Positions 9,592 through 26,525 of a DNA stretch of 64,000 nt are shown one piece after another. The notes under the pieces were generated by a model, which made no database searches, was not told the DNA's origin, and was given only the letters and a program-made list of their open reading frames with translations. The stretch is from an uncultured Actinomycetes bacterium. Its GTDB lineage: Bacteria; Actinomycetota; UBA4738; HRBIN12. The stretch's first letter is position 1. Every line of letters starts with the position of its first letter. Both the position numbers and the translations under genes were made by a program. Location: contig CAVOYV010000001.1 of assembly GCA_963700855.1 (NCBI GenBank), forward strand, positions 853,881-917,880. Direction: 5' to 3'.

Positions 9592-10550
9592 GGCTCCCTC
9601 GCTTTCCCCGCTCCACGGCGCGCCCGCGGATGCGACGTGTAGTACACCTCGCGCAGGTGCTCGCGCGTCACCAGCGTGTAGATCTGTGTCGTCGCGACGC
9701 TCGCGTGTCCCAGCAGCTCTTGGACCACCCGGACGTCCGCACCCCCGTCGAGCAGGTGCGTCGCGAACGAGTGACGAAGATCGTGCGGGCTCACCCGGCG
9801 ATCGATCCCGACACCACGAGCGTACCCCTCCAGGAGGCGTGCGACGCTCTGGCGGGTGAGCCGCCCGCCCCGGGTGTTGAGGAACAGTGCACCCCTCGTC
9901 CGCACCCCGGCGAGGTCGGGGCGTGCGCGGGTCAGGTACGCGGCGACCGCGTCGCGCGCGAAACGTCCCACCGGCACCTCACGCTCCTTGCCGCCCTTGC
10001 CCATGACGCGCACGGCACCTTCCTCCAGGTCCACGTCGTCCACGTCCAGCGACGTGAGCTCCGAGACGCGCAACCCGGCCCCGTACAGCAGCTCGAGGAC
10101 GGCTCGGTCACGCAGGCCGGTGATCGTCCCGTCGTCCGGTGCCGAGAGGATCCGGGTCACGTCGTCCACCGAGAGGGGGTGCGGGAGGGCGCGAGGAACC
10201 CGCGGGCGCACGACCCCGGCGGCGGGATCGTGGCTCACGACCCCCTCACGCGCGAGGAAGCGATGGAAGGACCGAACCGATGAAAGGGCGCGGGCGACCG
10301 AGGTGGCCGCGTACGGTGTCTCGTCCTCGCCGTGGGTCGAGGCCGACAGGGACGCGAGGAAGGCACGGACCGCTGCGTCGTCGACCTCGGCGGCGTCGGT
10401 CACACCGCGTCGCTCCATGAACGCGCAGTATCGGCGGAGATCGCGCCGGTACGCATCGAGCGTGTTGTCGGACAGGCCGCGTTCCACGCGCAGATGATCC
10501 AGGTACCGGCCCGTCTCGCGTGCGAGCGGGGTGGGCGGCGTGTCCGTCAC
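9588..10550 (-). CDS. xerD: site-specific tyrosine recombinase XerD
   Basis: ERGLSDNTLDAYRRDL; intact R-H-R-H-Y set (LYGAGLRVSEL, HDLRHSFATH, LLGHAS, TQIYT). Sits in the usual pyrG-nudF-xerD context. Confidence 0.93.
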   Translation of the reverse strand: MTDTPPTPLARETGRYLDHLRVERGLSDNTLDAYRRDLRRYCAFMERRGVTDAAEVDDAAVRAFLASLSASTHGEDETPYAATSVARALSSVRSFHRFLAREGVVSHDPAAGVVRPRVPRALPHPLSVDDVTRILSAPDDGTITGLRDRAVLELLYGAGLRVSELTSLDVDDVDLEEGAVRVMGKGGKEREVPVGRFARDAVAAYLTRARPDLAGVRTRGALFLNTRGGRLTRQSVARLLEGYARGVGIDRRVSPHDLRHSFATHLLDGGADVRVVQELLGHASVATTQIYTLVTREHLREVYYTSHPRARRGAGKAREP

Positions 10551-11071
10551 GAGGCCGGAACCCGGGCGGCAGCCATCAACAGTGCCAGCGCCGTCGACAC
10601 GTTGCGGACCTTGCCCTCACGGGCGGAGGCGACCGCACGCGCGTAGGGCATCCGTACCAGCTCGATCCCGTCCTCGGGGGCGGTCTCGGGTTCGGAGCGT
10701 GTCCGTGCCCAGAACAGGTGGATGTACTCGTCGGTGAACCCCGGCGACAGGTAGCAGCCCCCCATGAACTCGATCGAGTCGTGCCGGTAGCCCGTCTCTT
10801 CGAACAGTTCCCGGGCGGCACACGTCAGCGCGTCTTCACCCTCCACGTCGAGCAGCCCCGCCGGGATCTCGAGCAGCGAGTCGCGGACCGGGGGTCGGAA
10901 CTGGCGAACCAGCAAGACCTCGTCCGACGGGGTGAGCGGCACGACCCCCACCGCGTGGTGCTTGTGGACGACCTCGTACTCCGCCCGGTCCTCCCACCGC
11001 TCGAGATCGACCGACAGGAACCGACCGGACCAGACGGTGCGCGTCTCGAGGGGTCGGCGCGGCGCCGTCAT
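10547..11071 (-). CDS. nudF: NUDIX hydrolase, ADP-ribose pyrophosphatase-like
   Basis: LLVRQFRPPV, EIPAG...ARELFEETG Nudix box, SPGFTDE. Confidence 0.88.
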   Translation of the reverse strand: MTAPRRPLETRTVWSGRFLSVDLERWEDRAEYEVVHKHHAVGVVPLTPSDEVLLVRQFRPPVRDSLLEIPAGLLDVEGEDALTCAARELFEETGYRHDSIEFMGGCYLSPGFTDEYIHLFWARTRSEPETAPEDGIELVRMPYARAVASAREGKVRNVSTALALLMAAARVPAS

Positions 11072-11077
11072 GGGCCG

Positions 11078-14453
<3,376 letters not shown>

Positions 14454-14459
14454 GGGCGC

Positions 14460-14481
14460 ATCCTAGCCGGAGGGACCGACA
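14460..14481 (-). promoter_or_regulatory. TGTCGG-N10-TAGGAT promoter (PafBC/RecA-NDp-type) for leaderless recN
   Basis: Minus strand reads TGTCGG tccctccggc TAGGAT gcgccc GTG. The TAG is also the nadK stop codon. Confidence 0.72.
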
Positions 14482-15326
14482 TCTCCGGCATCGGGCGGAT
14501 CGTCGTCGGCGTCCGGGTCGCCCGGCAGGCCGAACTTCTCCCGTACGCGGGGCAGGAACGCGGATCCGTCGTCACGGCGGACGAACCTCGCGGGGCGGTT
14601 CGACGCACGGATCCGCACCCTCGTCCCGACCGGCACCTCGACCGTCTCGCGCCCGTCCGCCGACAGCAGCGCAGGCTCCTCCCCCACCACCTCCAACGTC
14701 ACCACCTGGTCCGCGGCGAGCACGAACGACCGATCGAACACCATGTGCGCCGCGATCGGCGTCACCACCAGGCAGGGCACGGTGGGCGACACGATCGGGC
14801 CCCGCGCCGAGAACGAGTACGCCGTCGACCCGGTCGGGGTCGCCACGATCACGCCGTCGGCGGAGAACGTGGTCACGTAGGCCCCGTCGACCTCGACCCG
14901 GAGGCGGACGAGCCGCTGACGGGCGAGCTTCTCGACCATGATCTCGTTCATGCCCCACTGGGGCGGGAACGCGCCGTCCACCTCGGTCTCGCCGACCACG
15001 GCGAGCCGCTCCTCGATCCGGGCCCGTCCCTCGAGGGCGTCGCGGATCAGCGGGAGCGCGTCCGCCGGCTCCACCTCGGTCAGGAACCCCAGCCGCCCGA
15101 CCTTCACACCCAAGACGGGCGCTCGCACCCGCGAGGCGACGAACGCGGCCCGAAGGAACGTCCCGTCGCCACCCACGGCCACGACGAGGTCGACCGGGAT
15201 CGAGGCGTCGTCGGGCGTCAGACGGACCGTGTTCACGCCGTCGTCGCGGAGTCGGCGGGCGAGTTCGTCCCCGGCCCGCACGGCCGCCTCCCGTCGTTCG
15301 TGGACGAGGAATCCGACGACACTCAC
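14463..15326 (-). CDS. nadK: NAD kinase
   Basis: GGDGT, GRLGFL, MNE, ADGVIVATPTGSTAYSFSARGP. Confidence 0.96.
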   Translation of the reverse strand: MSVVGFLVHERREAAVRAGDELARRLRDDGVNTVRLTPDDASIPVDLVVAVGGDGTFLRAAFVASRVRAPVLGVKVGRLGFLTEVEPADALPLIRDALEGRARIEERLAVVGETEVDGAFPPQWGMNEIMVEKLARQRLVRLRVEVDGAYVTTFSADGVIVATPTGSTAYSFSARGPIVSPTVPCLVVTPIAAHMVFDRSFVLAADQVVTLEVVGEEPALLSADGRETVEVPVGTRVRIRASNRPARFVRRDDGSAFLPRVREKFGLPGDPDADDDPPDAGDVGPSG

Positions 15327-16105
15327 CGCGCCACCTCCCGCCCTTCGTCGGCGGCGGCGTCCAGGTCGGCCGTGGAGCCCGAGTCGCGACGCAGGTGGAG
15401 CACGAACTCGACGTTGCCGGCGGAGCCCGGCAGCGGCGAGGCCATCGCCGCGACGACGCCCAGTCCCAAGGTCTCGGCGGCGTCCGCGACCTGCCCCAGG
15501 ACCCGCCGCCAGACCGCGGGGTCACGCACCACGCCGCCTCTGCCCACCTCGGCCCGACCGGCCTCGAACTGCGGCTTCACGAGCACGACCAGCTCTGGAG
15601 CCAGCGCGGCGAGCATCGGCATGACGAGGGTCAGCGAGATGAAGGAGAGATCCGCCACGACCAGCTCCGGCGTCACGGGGAGATCGTCGGGGGTGATCTC
15701 CCGGACGTTCGTTCGCTCCATCACGATCACGCGAGGATCGGAGCGGAGCTCCCACGCGAGCTGCCCGTACCCCACGTCGACCGCCACGACCGTCGCGGCG
15801 CCCGCCTGCAGCAGGCAGTCGGTGAAGCCCCCGGTCGAGGCACCCGCATCGAGACACACCCGCCCCGAGACGGTGACGTCGAAGCGCTCGAGGGCGGCTG
15901 CGAGCTTGCCCCCGGCGCGCGACGCGAAGCGTCTCCCGCCGCCCGAGAGGGCGACGGGGGCATCGGCCGCCACCAAGGTGGCGGCCTTCGTGGCCGGCGC
16001 GCCCCCGACGGTCACGAGCCCTGCCCGCACCGCCTCTTGGGCCTCCGTGCGGCTGGACACGAGTCCCCGCCGCACCAGCTCGGCGTCGAGTCGGCGGCGG
16101 GTCAT
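15323..16105 (-). CDS. tlyA: TlyA family rRNA 2'-O-methyltransferase
   Basis: RRLDAELVRRGL (S4 domain), SRAGGKL, LDAGASTGGFTD, VDVGYGQL, DLSFISL, LVKPQFE. Confidence 0.95.
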   Translation of the reverse strand: MTRRRLDAELVRRGLVSSRTEAQEAVRAGLVTVGGAPATKAATLVAADAPVALSGGGRRFASRAGGKLAAALERFDVTVSGRVCLDAGASTGGFTDCLLQAGAATVVAVDVGYGQLAWELRSDPRVIVMERTNVREITPDDLPVTPELVVADLSFISLTLVMPMLAALAPELVVLVKPQFEAGRAEVGRGGVVRDPAVWRRVLGQVADAAETLGLGVVAAMASPLPGSAGNVEFVLHLRRDSGSTADLDAAADEGREVAR

Positions 16106-16119
16106 CGCGTCGATCCGGG

Positions 16120-16539
16120 TCAGCCGGTCGACGCCGGCGGAGCGATCACGGAGCCCGCGGAACCCGACGGCTTCGACGTCGTCGCCTTCTTGGCGGTGGT
16201 CTTCCTCGCGGTCGTCTTCTTGGCGGTGGTCTTCTTGCGACCTGAGGCGGTCATCCCCGCGGCCCGCTCCAGCTCGCGGACGCGCTTCTTGAGGGCGTCG
16301 ACCTCGTCCTGCGTCGCGAGCCCCATCTGGGAGACCTGGGTCTTGATCTCCTTGCGGATGAAGTCGCTCAGTCGTTCGCGGTTGCGTTGCGACCACTCGA
16401 TCATGTCGGCGGCGGTCTTCGCGATCTGCTCCTTCGCGGCGTTCGGCTCCAGACCCTTGGCCAGCTCCTGCGCTCTGGCAGGGGTCAGGTTCCCGAGAGC
16501 AGCCTCGAAGGTCTTTCGGACGTCGTCGAGCTTGGTCAT
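16120..16539 (-). CDS. phasin-like coiled-coil protein with a Lys/Thr/Ala-rich histone-like tail
   Basis: MGLATQDEVDALKKRVRELE (phasin-like end of the coiled coil) followed by KKTTA repeats. SD AAGGGAG; TAGACT -10 at 16572..16577. Confidence 0.65.
   Translation of the reverse strand: MTKLDDVRKTFEAALGNLTPARAQELAKGLEPNAAKEQIAKTAADMIEWSQRNRERLSDFIRKEIKTQVSQMGLATQDEVDALKKRVRELERAAGMTASGRKKTTAKKTTARKTTAKKATTSKPSGSAGSVIAPPASTG
16186..16236 (-). repeat. three tandem 15-nt repeats encoding KKTTAKKTTARKTTAKK
   Basis: Plus strand: cttcttggcggtggt / cttcctcgcggtcgt / cttcttggcggtggt / cttctt. Confidence 0.9.
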
Positions 16540-16574
16540 CCGTGGCTCCCTTCCTGAAGGGGTTCCCGACCAGT

Positions 16575-17384
16575 CTACGTCCGCACCCCGGCGGGCCGGT
16601 CAGCCCCGCCCGTCGCGACGAGATCGGCGACGCTGTCGAGCACGTACGTCGGTTCGATCCCGGTGGCGGCCACGTCCTCCAGCGTCGAGATCCCGCTGAG
16701 CACGAGGACGGAGTCCCATCCGAGACCCCGGGCGCCCGCGATGTCGGTGTCGAGCCGGTCGCCCACCAGGAGCGGGCGTCCTCCTCCTGCGCGTGCGAGC
16801 GCGGCCTCGAGGACGGGCGCGTGCGGCTTGCCCACGACCTCGGCCGAGACCCCCGTCGTGGTTTGGATCGCCGCGATGAGGGCCCCCGCTCCGGGCCAGA
16901 GCGTCCCGTCGGCGGCCGGGAAGGACGCATCGGCGTTCGACGCCACGAACGCCGCGCCCCGCTGGATCAAGATCGAGGCGGTCCGGAGCTTCGCGTAGTC
17001 CACGGTGCGGTCCCACCCGACGACGACGGCCTGGGCATCGGGCAGCTCACCGTCCACGACGCGCACCCCCGCGTCACTCAGCGCGGTGCGCAGCCCCCCC
17101 TCACCCACGACGAAGGCGGTCGCGACGCCGCGCCCGGCCAGGAGCTGCGCGGTCGCGAGTGCCGAGGTCTGCACCTCCCCCACCGCGGCCTCGATCCCGA
17201 CCGCACCGAGGTGCTCGACGACCGCCTCCGGGGTCCGCGCCGAGTTGTTCGTGACGAAGGCGACCCCCTTGCCCAGCGCACGCAGACACTCGATCGTCGC
17301 CCCGGCTCCCGGGATCGGCTCGGCTCCGCGGTACAGGACCCCGTCGAGGTCGAACAGGACGGCGCGGTAGGGCTCGACGATCAC
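16575..17384 (-). CDS. HAD-IIA family hydrolase (NagD-like)
   Basis: FDLDGVLY, FVTNNS, VGKP, VGDRLDTDI, LVLSG. GTG overlaps the upstream stop (GTGA). Confidence 0.93.
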   Translation of the reverse strand: MIVEPYRAVLFDLDGVLYRGAEPIPGAGATIECLRALGKGVAFVTNNSARTPEAVVEHLGAVGIEAAVGEVQTSALATAQLLAGRGVATAFVVGEGGLRTALSDAGVRVVDGELPDAQAVVVGWDRTVDYAKLRTASILIQRGAAFVASNADASFPAADGTLWPGAGALIAAIQTTTGVSAEVVGKPHAPVLEAALARAGGGRPLLVGDRLDTDIAGARGLGWDSVLVLSGISTLEDVAATGIEPTYVLDSVADLVATGGADRPAGVRT

Positions 17385-17773
17385 GAGGCTCGATCCAGGC
17401 GGGCGAGGGTCCGCTCGTAGTCCTCGACGCCCGGTCGCATCGCGACGGCGAGCTTCGCGTGCCCGCGGGCCCGGTCGCGCTGTCCGGTCCGTTCGCAGGC
17501 GAGCGCGAGCGCGAAGTGCGCGTAGTCGTCGGTCGGCTGCAGCTGGACGGCCTTCGTGAACTCGCGCCGGGCCCGCGCCGTCCTCCCGGCCTCGAACAAC
17601 GCACGGCCCAGCGCCTCGCGGATCGACGCCTTCTCCGGCTCGAGGAGCTTGGCACGTCCCAACAGCATCGCCGCCTGGTGCGGGTGCCCCTCGAGGAGCA
17701 GGGAACATCCCCGCGCGTACAGGTCATAGGCGGTCTCGGGATCGAGCCGCCTGCTATACAGGTCGCGTGCCAC
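17381..17773 (-). CDS. small tetratricopeptide-repeat protein
   Basis: TPR-like repeats LEPEKASIREALGRALF and DDYAHFALALAC. The start is uncertain. Confidence 0.8.
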   Translation of the reverse strand: MARDLYSRRLDPETAYDLYARGCSLLLEGHPHQAAMLLGRAKLLEPEKASIREALGRALFEAGRTARARREFTKAVQLQPTDDYAHFALALACERTGQRDRARGHAKLAVAMRPGVEDYERTLARLDRAS

Positions 17774-18939
17774 GCATCGCTCCGTTCTCCGGGCTCGTCT
17801 ACGACCCCGCGATCGCCGGCCCCCTCGACCGGCTCACGGCGCCGCCGTACGACGTTATCAGCGAGTCCCGCAGACGTTCCTACCTGGACGCGAGCGCGCA
17901 CAACATCGTGCACCTGGACCTCGCCGAAGGGAACGACGACCCCGAGGCTCCCGACAACCGCTACGTCGGCGCCGCCGAGCTACTCCACGGGTGGACCCGC
18001 AGGGGCGTCCTGCGCAGGACCCCTCCGGCGTACTTCGCCTACGAGTTGTCCTTCGAGCTCGACGGCGCCGAGCGGCGGATCCGCGGCGTCTTCTGTGCCA
18101 TGGACCTCGAGCCCTGGGGCGACAGGGTCTTGCCGCACGAACACGTGATGCCCGGACCGATCGAGGACCGACTGTGCCTGCTGCGGGCGACCGCCACCCA
18201 CCTGTCCGCGATCTACGGCACGATCGCGGGCCCTTGCGAGCCCCTGCACGACCTCCTCCGCCGCACCGCGCAGGCTCCTGCCCACTACCAGGTCCGCGAC
18301 AGCGAGGGGGTCACCCACCGGATGTGGTCGGTTGACGGCGATACCCCGATCGACGGCTGGGTGGCCGACGAGCCTCTCCTGATCGCCGACGGCCACCACC
18401 GGTACACCACGGCCATCGCCTACCGCGACGAGCGTCACGCCGCCGATGGCCCCGGCCCCTGGGATCGGATCCTCACGCTGCTCGTGGATGCTGGCAGTCA
18501 GACCGTCCCCGTCCTGCCGTACCATCGCGTGCAGCTCGAGGGGGAGGCTCCGGCCGACGGGGACCCCGTCACGGATCTCGCCGATGCCCTCGCCGCGGTC
18601 GACGACGCCACCGGGGTCTTCGCCACCGTGGTGGCCGGGCGTGACGGTCTCCCCGAGTACCGGCTGCACCGACTCGAGGGGGGGCCGCCCGTCGTCCGGA
18701 CGCTTCATGACGAGATCCTCGACCGCACGGCACCCGGTGGCGCCTTGCGGTTCACTCACGACGCTGAAGACGCCGACGAGATGGTCCGCACCGGCCAGGC
18801 CGTGGCTGCCTACCTGCTGCCCGCAACTCACCCCGATCGGATCATGGCCGCGGTGGCGCTCGGCGACCGACTGCCCCGCAAATCGACGTTCTTCTGGCCG
18901 AAGCCGCGCACGGGCATGATCATGATGCCGCTCGACTGA
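17767..18939 (+). CDS. DUF1015 family protein
   Basis: APPYDVIS, PHEHV, LIADGHHRYTTA, LPRKSTFFWPKPRTG. Confidence 0.9.
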   Translation: MPRIAPFSGLVYDPAIAGPLDRLTAPPYDVISESRRRSYLDASAHNIVHLDLAEGNDDPEAPDNRYVGAAELLHGWTRRGVLRRTPPAYFAYELSFELDGAERRIRGVFCAMDLEPWGDRVLPHEHVMPGPIEDRLCLLRATATHLSAIYGTIAGPCEPLHDLLRRTAQAPAHYQVRDSEGVTHRMWSVDGDTPIDGWVADEPLLIADGHHRYTTAIAYRDERHAADGPGPWDRILTLLVDAGSQTVPVLPYHRVQLEGEAPADGDPVTDLADALAAVDDATGVFATVVAGRDGLPEYRLHRLEGGPPVVRTLHDEILDRTAPGGALRFTHDAEDADEMVRTGQAVAAYLLPATHPDRIMAAVALGDRLPRKSTFFWPKPRTGMIMMPLD

Positions 18940-18945
18940 ACGCCG

Positions 18946-19263
18946 TCACTCCTCCACCGGCGCTTGGAGCTTCTTGATCCCCGTCGCGACCACCTCGGTG
19001 AGGCTCCGCGCTCCGGCCCCGCTCCGGTAGAAGCGGCGGACCAGCTGCCCGTGCACGAGCACGGGATCGCCCTTCACGATCCCGTCGAGCGCACCAGAGC
19101 CGACGGTGGCGTGCCACGCCGCGACCGGGAGGGGAAGCAGGCGCCTGCCCACCTCCGGAACGGACACGCGCAGCTCGGTGACCTCGTCGCCCGACGGCAT
19201 CCGGCGTTGTACCGGCTCGGCGGCGACGGTGCCCGCGAGAACGACGACATTGACCGTGACCAT
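18946..19263 (-). CDS. short single-stranded DNA-binding (OB-fold) protein lacking the acidic C-terminal tail
   Basis: NVVVLAGTVAAEP, KGDPVLVHGQLVRRFY, TEVVA. 105 aa, ending in QAPVEE. Confidence 0.8.
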   Translation of the reverse strand: MVTVNVVVLAGTVAAEPVQRRMPSGDEVTELRVSVPEVGRRLLPLPVAAWHATVGSGALDGIVKGDPVLVHGQLVRRFYRSGAGARSLTEVVATGIKKLQAPVEE

Positions 19264-19328
19264 AGATCCACCACTTCCTGCGGCGTCTCGCGATCGCCGC
19301 GTCTCGCGGGGGAGGTCAGCTCGCTACG

Positions 19329-19350
19329 AGGGTACCGACGACCGCCGACA
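19329..19350 (-). promoter_or_regulatory. TGTCGG-N10-TACCCT promoter (PafBC/RecA-NDp-type) upstream of the short ssb
   Basis: Minus strand reads TGTCGG cggtcgtcgg TACCCT, about 65 nt above the ATG, in the divergent intergenic region. Confidence 0.7.
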
Positions 19351-19449
19351 TCGGAACCGGTCCCGTGCCGATCGGTACGTGGATCCAGGCGCCGGACGAT
19401 CCGTGGGCGGACCCTCCCGTCTGAGGGAGCCTCTGCGAGACTCTCCACG

Positions 19450-20427
19450 ATGGAGCTCCGACACCCCCAACCCCTCTTGAGCGAGGTTGCAGACGGCATC
19501 ACGGCGATCGACACCGGGATGGCCGGTTGCCGCGAGCTCAACGCGGTGTACCTGGTTGCGGCCGCCGAGCCCTGCCTGATCGAGACCGGACCCGGGAGCG
19601 ACGGACCGACGATCGTCGATGGTCTCGGGCGACTCGGGGTCGGTCCCGCCGACCTCGCGCACGTGGTCGTCACGCACGTCCACATGGACCACGCGGGTGG
19701 CGCCGGCGCGCTCCTCGAGCGCCACCCGAACGCCACCGTTTGGGTCCACGAGGTCGGCGCCCGCCACCTGGTCGATCCGACGCGACTGGTCTCGAGCACC
19801 GCCCGCACGTACGGCGAGGAGCGGATGGTGGCTCTCTACGGCGAGATGCGTGCCTGTCCGTCGGACCGGGTGCGGGCGGTGACCGACCGAGACGAGATCC
19901 CGTTGGGCGATCGGTGCCTGCGCGTCCTCCACACGCCTGGACACGCCTCGCATCACGTCGCGCTGCACGACGACGCGACCGGTGCGCTGTTCACGGGTGA
20001 GGCGATCGGCTCGTACCTGCCGTACGGCCCCAGCTTCCGTCCCGCCCTGCCGCCCCCTGAGGTGGATGTGGAGGTCGCGCTCGCGACGATCGAGGAGATG
20101 CGCCAGGTTCACCCGAGCACCCTGCTGACCTCGCACTTCGGCCCGGTGCCCGACCCGGACGAGGGATTCGACGTGGCAGCCGAACGGATCCGTCGGTGGT
20201 CGGATACGGTCCGCGAGGCGCTCACCGAGGATCCTCCGCTCGACGAGGATGCGCTCGTCGCGCGTCTCACCGCGCAGGCGCGCGAGGAGTTCGAGGTCGA
20301 CTCGGGAGGCGCTCCGTTCGACCTGGAGCGGTACGACGCCCTCGGGTCGATCCGGATGAACGCGCAGGGTCTCACGCGCTATTGGCGCAGGCGCCGGGAC
20401 GCCGACGCCGCCCCTCAGGGCAGCTGA
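19450..20427 (+). CDS. MBL-fold metallo-hydrolase
   Basis: THVHMDHAGG, HTPGHASHH, LFTGEA, TSHFG. ATG at 19450. Confidence 0.92.
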   Translation: MELRHPQPLLSEVADGITAIDTGMAGCRELNAVYLVAAAEPCLIETGPGSDGPTIVDGLGRLGVGPADLAHVVVTHVHMDHAGGAGALLERHPNATVWVHEVGARHLVDPTRLVSSTARTYGEERMVALYGEMRACPSDRVRAVTDRDEIPLGDRCLRVLHTPGHASHHVALHDDATGALFTGEAIGSYLPYGPSFRPALPPPEVDVEVALATIEEMRQVHPSTLLTSHFGPVPDPDEGFDVAAERIRRWSDTVREALTEDPPLDEDALVARLTAQAREEFEVDSGGAPFDLERYDALGSIRMNAQGLTRYWRRRRDADAAPQGS

Positions 20428-21107
20428 GACAGCCGCTCGGCCACGTCGAAGGCCGCGGAGTCGTGACGGAGGATCTTCCGGAACTCGGTCGCCGCATCCT
20501 CTGGTCGGCCAGCCTTCTCCAGGATGTCGCCCTTGACGTACCACAGGCGCAGCGTGTACCCCTCAGCGACGTCTTCCCGGGTCCGAGCTCTCCCCAGGTA
20601 GGCGAGCGCCTCCGCGAAGCGACCCTGATCGGCGAGGGCCGATGCCGCCACGATCACCGACTCGGCCTTCACCTCGTTCCCGACCTTCTTCGTCCGCAGT
20701 ACCTCGTCGGCGAGCGGAACGGCATCGGCCGGTTTGCCCACCGCCCGTAGGCAGTCCGCGATCAGATGGTTCTGGTCGACCTCGCCGGTCATCCGCTTGT
20801 ACGCCTTGAGTTCGGCGAGGGCCTCGTTCCAGCGGCCGACGCCGTACAGCGCGAGCCCGTACACCTCGCGAACGCTGCTCGAGCGGCTCGATAGGCGCTT
20901 CGCCTTCTCGGCCTCGACCACCGCGGCGCCAGGGTCGTCGCGCTCGAGCAGCTCGATCGCCCGCGCGAGCCGCGAGACCGTATCGTCGAGCACCGTCGGG
21001 CGGGTCGATCGGCGGACCTCCTCGAGGACGTCGCGGGGTAGCTCCGATGCCTTCGAGGGCGTGCCTCGCGGCTTGCGTCCGGCGCGGGGCTGCAGGGACT
21101 TCGGCAT
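20415..21107 (-). CDS. tetratricopeptide-repeat protein downstream of the rrn operon
   Basis: VREVYGLALYGVGRWNEALAELKAYKRMTG, LIADCLRAVGKP, LWYVKGDILEKAGR. ATG at 21107. Confidence 0.85.
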   Translation of the reverse strand: MPKSLQPRAGRKPRGTPSKASELPRDVLEEVRRSTRPTVLDDTVSRLARAIELLERDDPGAAVVEAEKAKRLSSRSSSVREVYGLALYGVGRWNEALAELKAYKRMTGEVDQNHLIADCLRAVGKPADAVPLADEVLRTKKVGNEVKAESVIVAASALADQGRFAEALAYLGRARTREDVAEGYTLRLWYVKGDILEKAGRPEDAATEFRKILRHDSAAFDVAERLSQLP

Positions 21108-21129
21108 CGTGGCCTCCAGGCTACGGGAA

Positions 21130-21161
21130 ACGAACGGGCCGCCCGAAGGCGGCCCGTTCGT
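21130..21161 (-). terminator. rrn operon terminator hairpin
   Basis: 14-bp perfect stem ACGAACGGGCCGCC with a UUCG loop (minus strand), just 3' of the 5S gene and followed by a short U run. Confidence 0.8.
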
Positions 21162-21166
21162 ACGAT

Positions 21167-21286
21167 GTCTCGGCAGCGACCTACTCTCCCACCCAGTCAC
21201 CCAGGCAGTACCATCGGCGCTGGAGGGCTTAACTTCCGGGTTCGGGATGGGACCGGGTGTTCCCCCTCCGCCATGGCCACCGAAAC
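21167..21286 (-). rRNA. rrf: 5S rRNA
   Basis: Minus strand GGTGGCCATGGCGGAGGGGGAACACCCGGTCCCATCCCGAACCCGGAAGTTAAGCC...GAGAGTAGGTCGCTGCC. Ends approximate. Confidence 0.97.
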
Positions 21287-21345
21287 GCGGTGTCCGATCA
21301 CGGACGATGATGAGGGTGCCGCCCTCGAGCGATCCTCGAGAACAG

Positions 21346-24503
<3,158 letters not shown>

Positions 24504-24539
24504 AGTTCTCAAGGTGCCCGAGGGCTCGCACCCTCAAAG

Positions 24540-26378
<1,839 letters not shown>

Positions 26379-26454
26379 TTCTCAAGGTGCGAGTGGGCAG
26401 GGAACTCCCCGGCAGGCAGGCATGCTGACCGCGGGGAAACCGCGCCGACCGATG

Positions 26455-26482
26455 ATGGTACCAGTCGTGTGCGAGCCGTCAA
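26455..26482 (-). promoter_or_regulatory. rrn promoter TTGACG-16 bp-TACCAT with an extended TG
   Basis: Minus strand TTGACG gctcgcacacgactgg TACCAT, about 275 nt above the 16S gene. A 16-bp spacer is typical of rrn P1 promoters. Confidence 0.8.
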
Positions 26483-26525
26483 CTTCAGCGGCCCGCGTCG
26501 AACCACTGTTCGGATCTGCTTCCCA

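Noticed and set aside
9588-10550. Tyrosine recombinase as the integrase of a mobile element
   Set aside because: The sequence and the pyrG-nudF context fit chromosomal XerD. I saw no att repeats, tRNA target or cargo genes.
14454-14500. LexA box (TCGAAC-N4-GTTCGA) above recN, ssb or polX
   Set aside because: Not found on reading these regions; a TGTCGG-N10-TA motif is present instead at recN and ssb.
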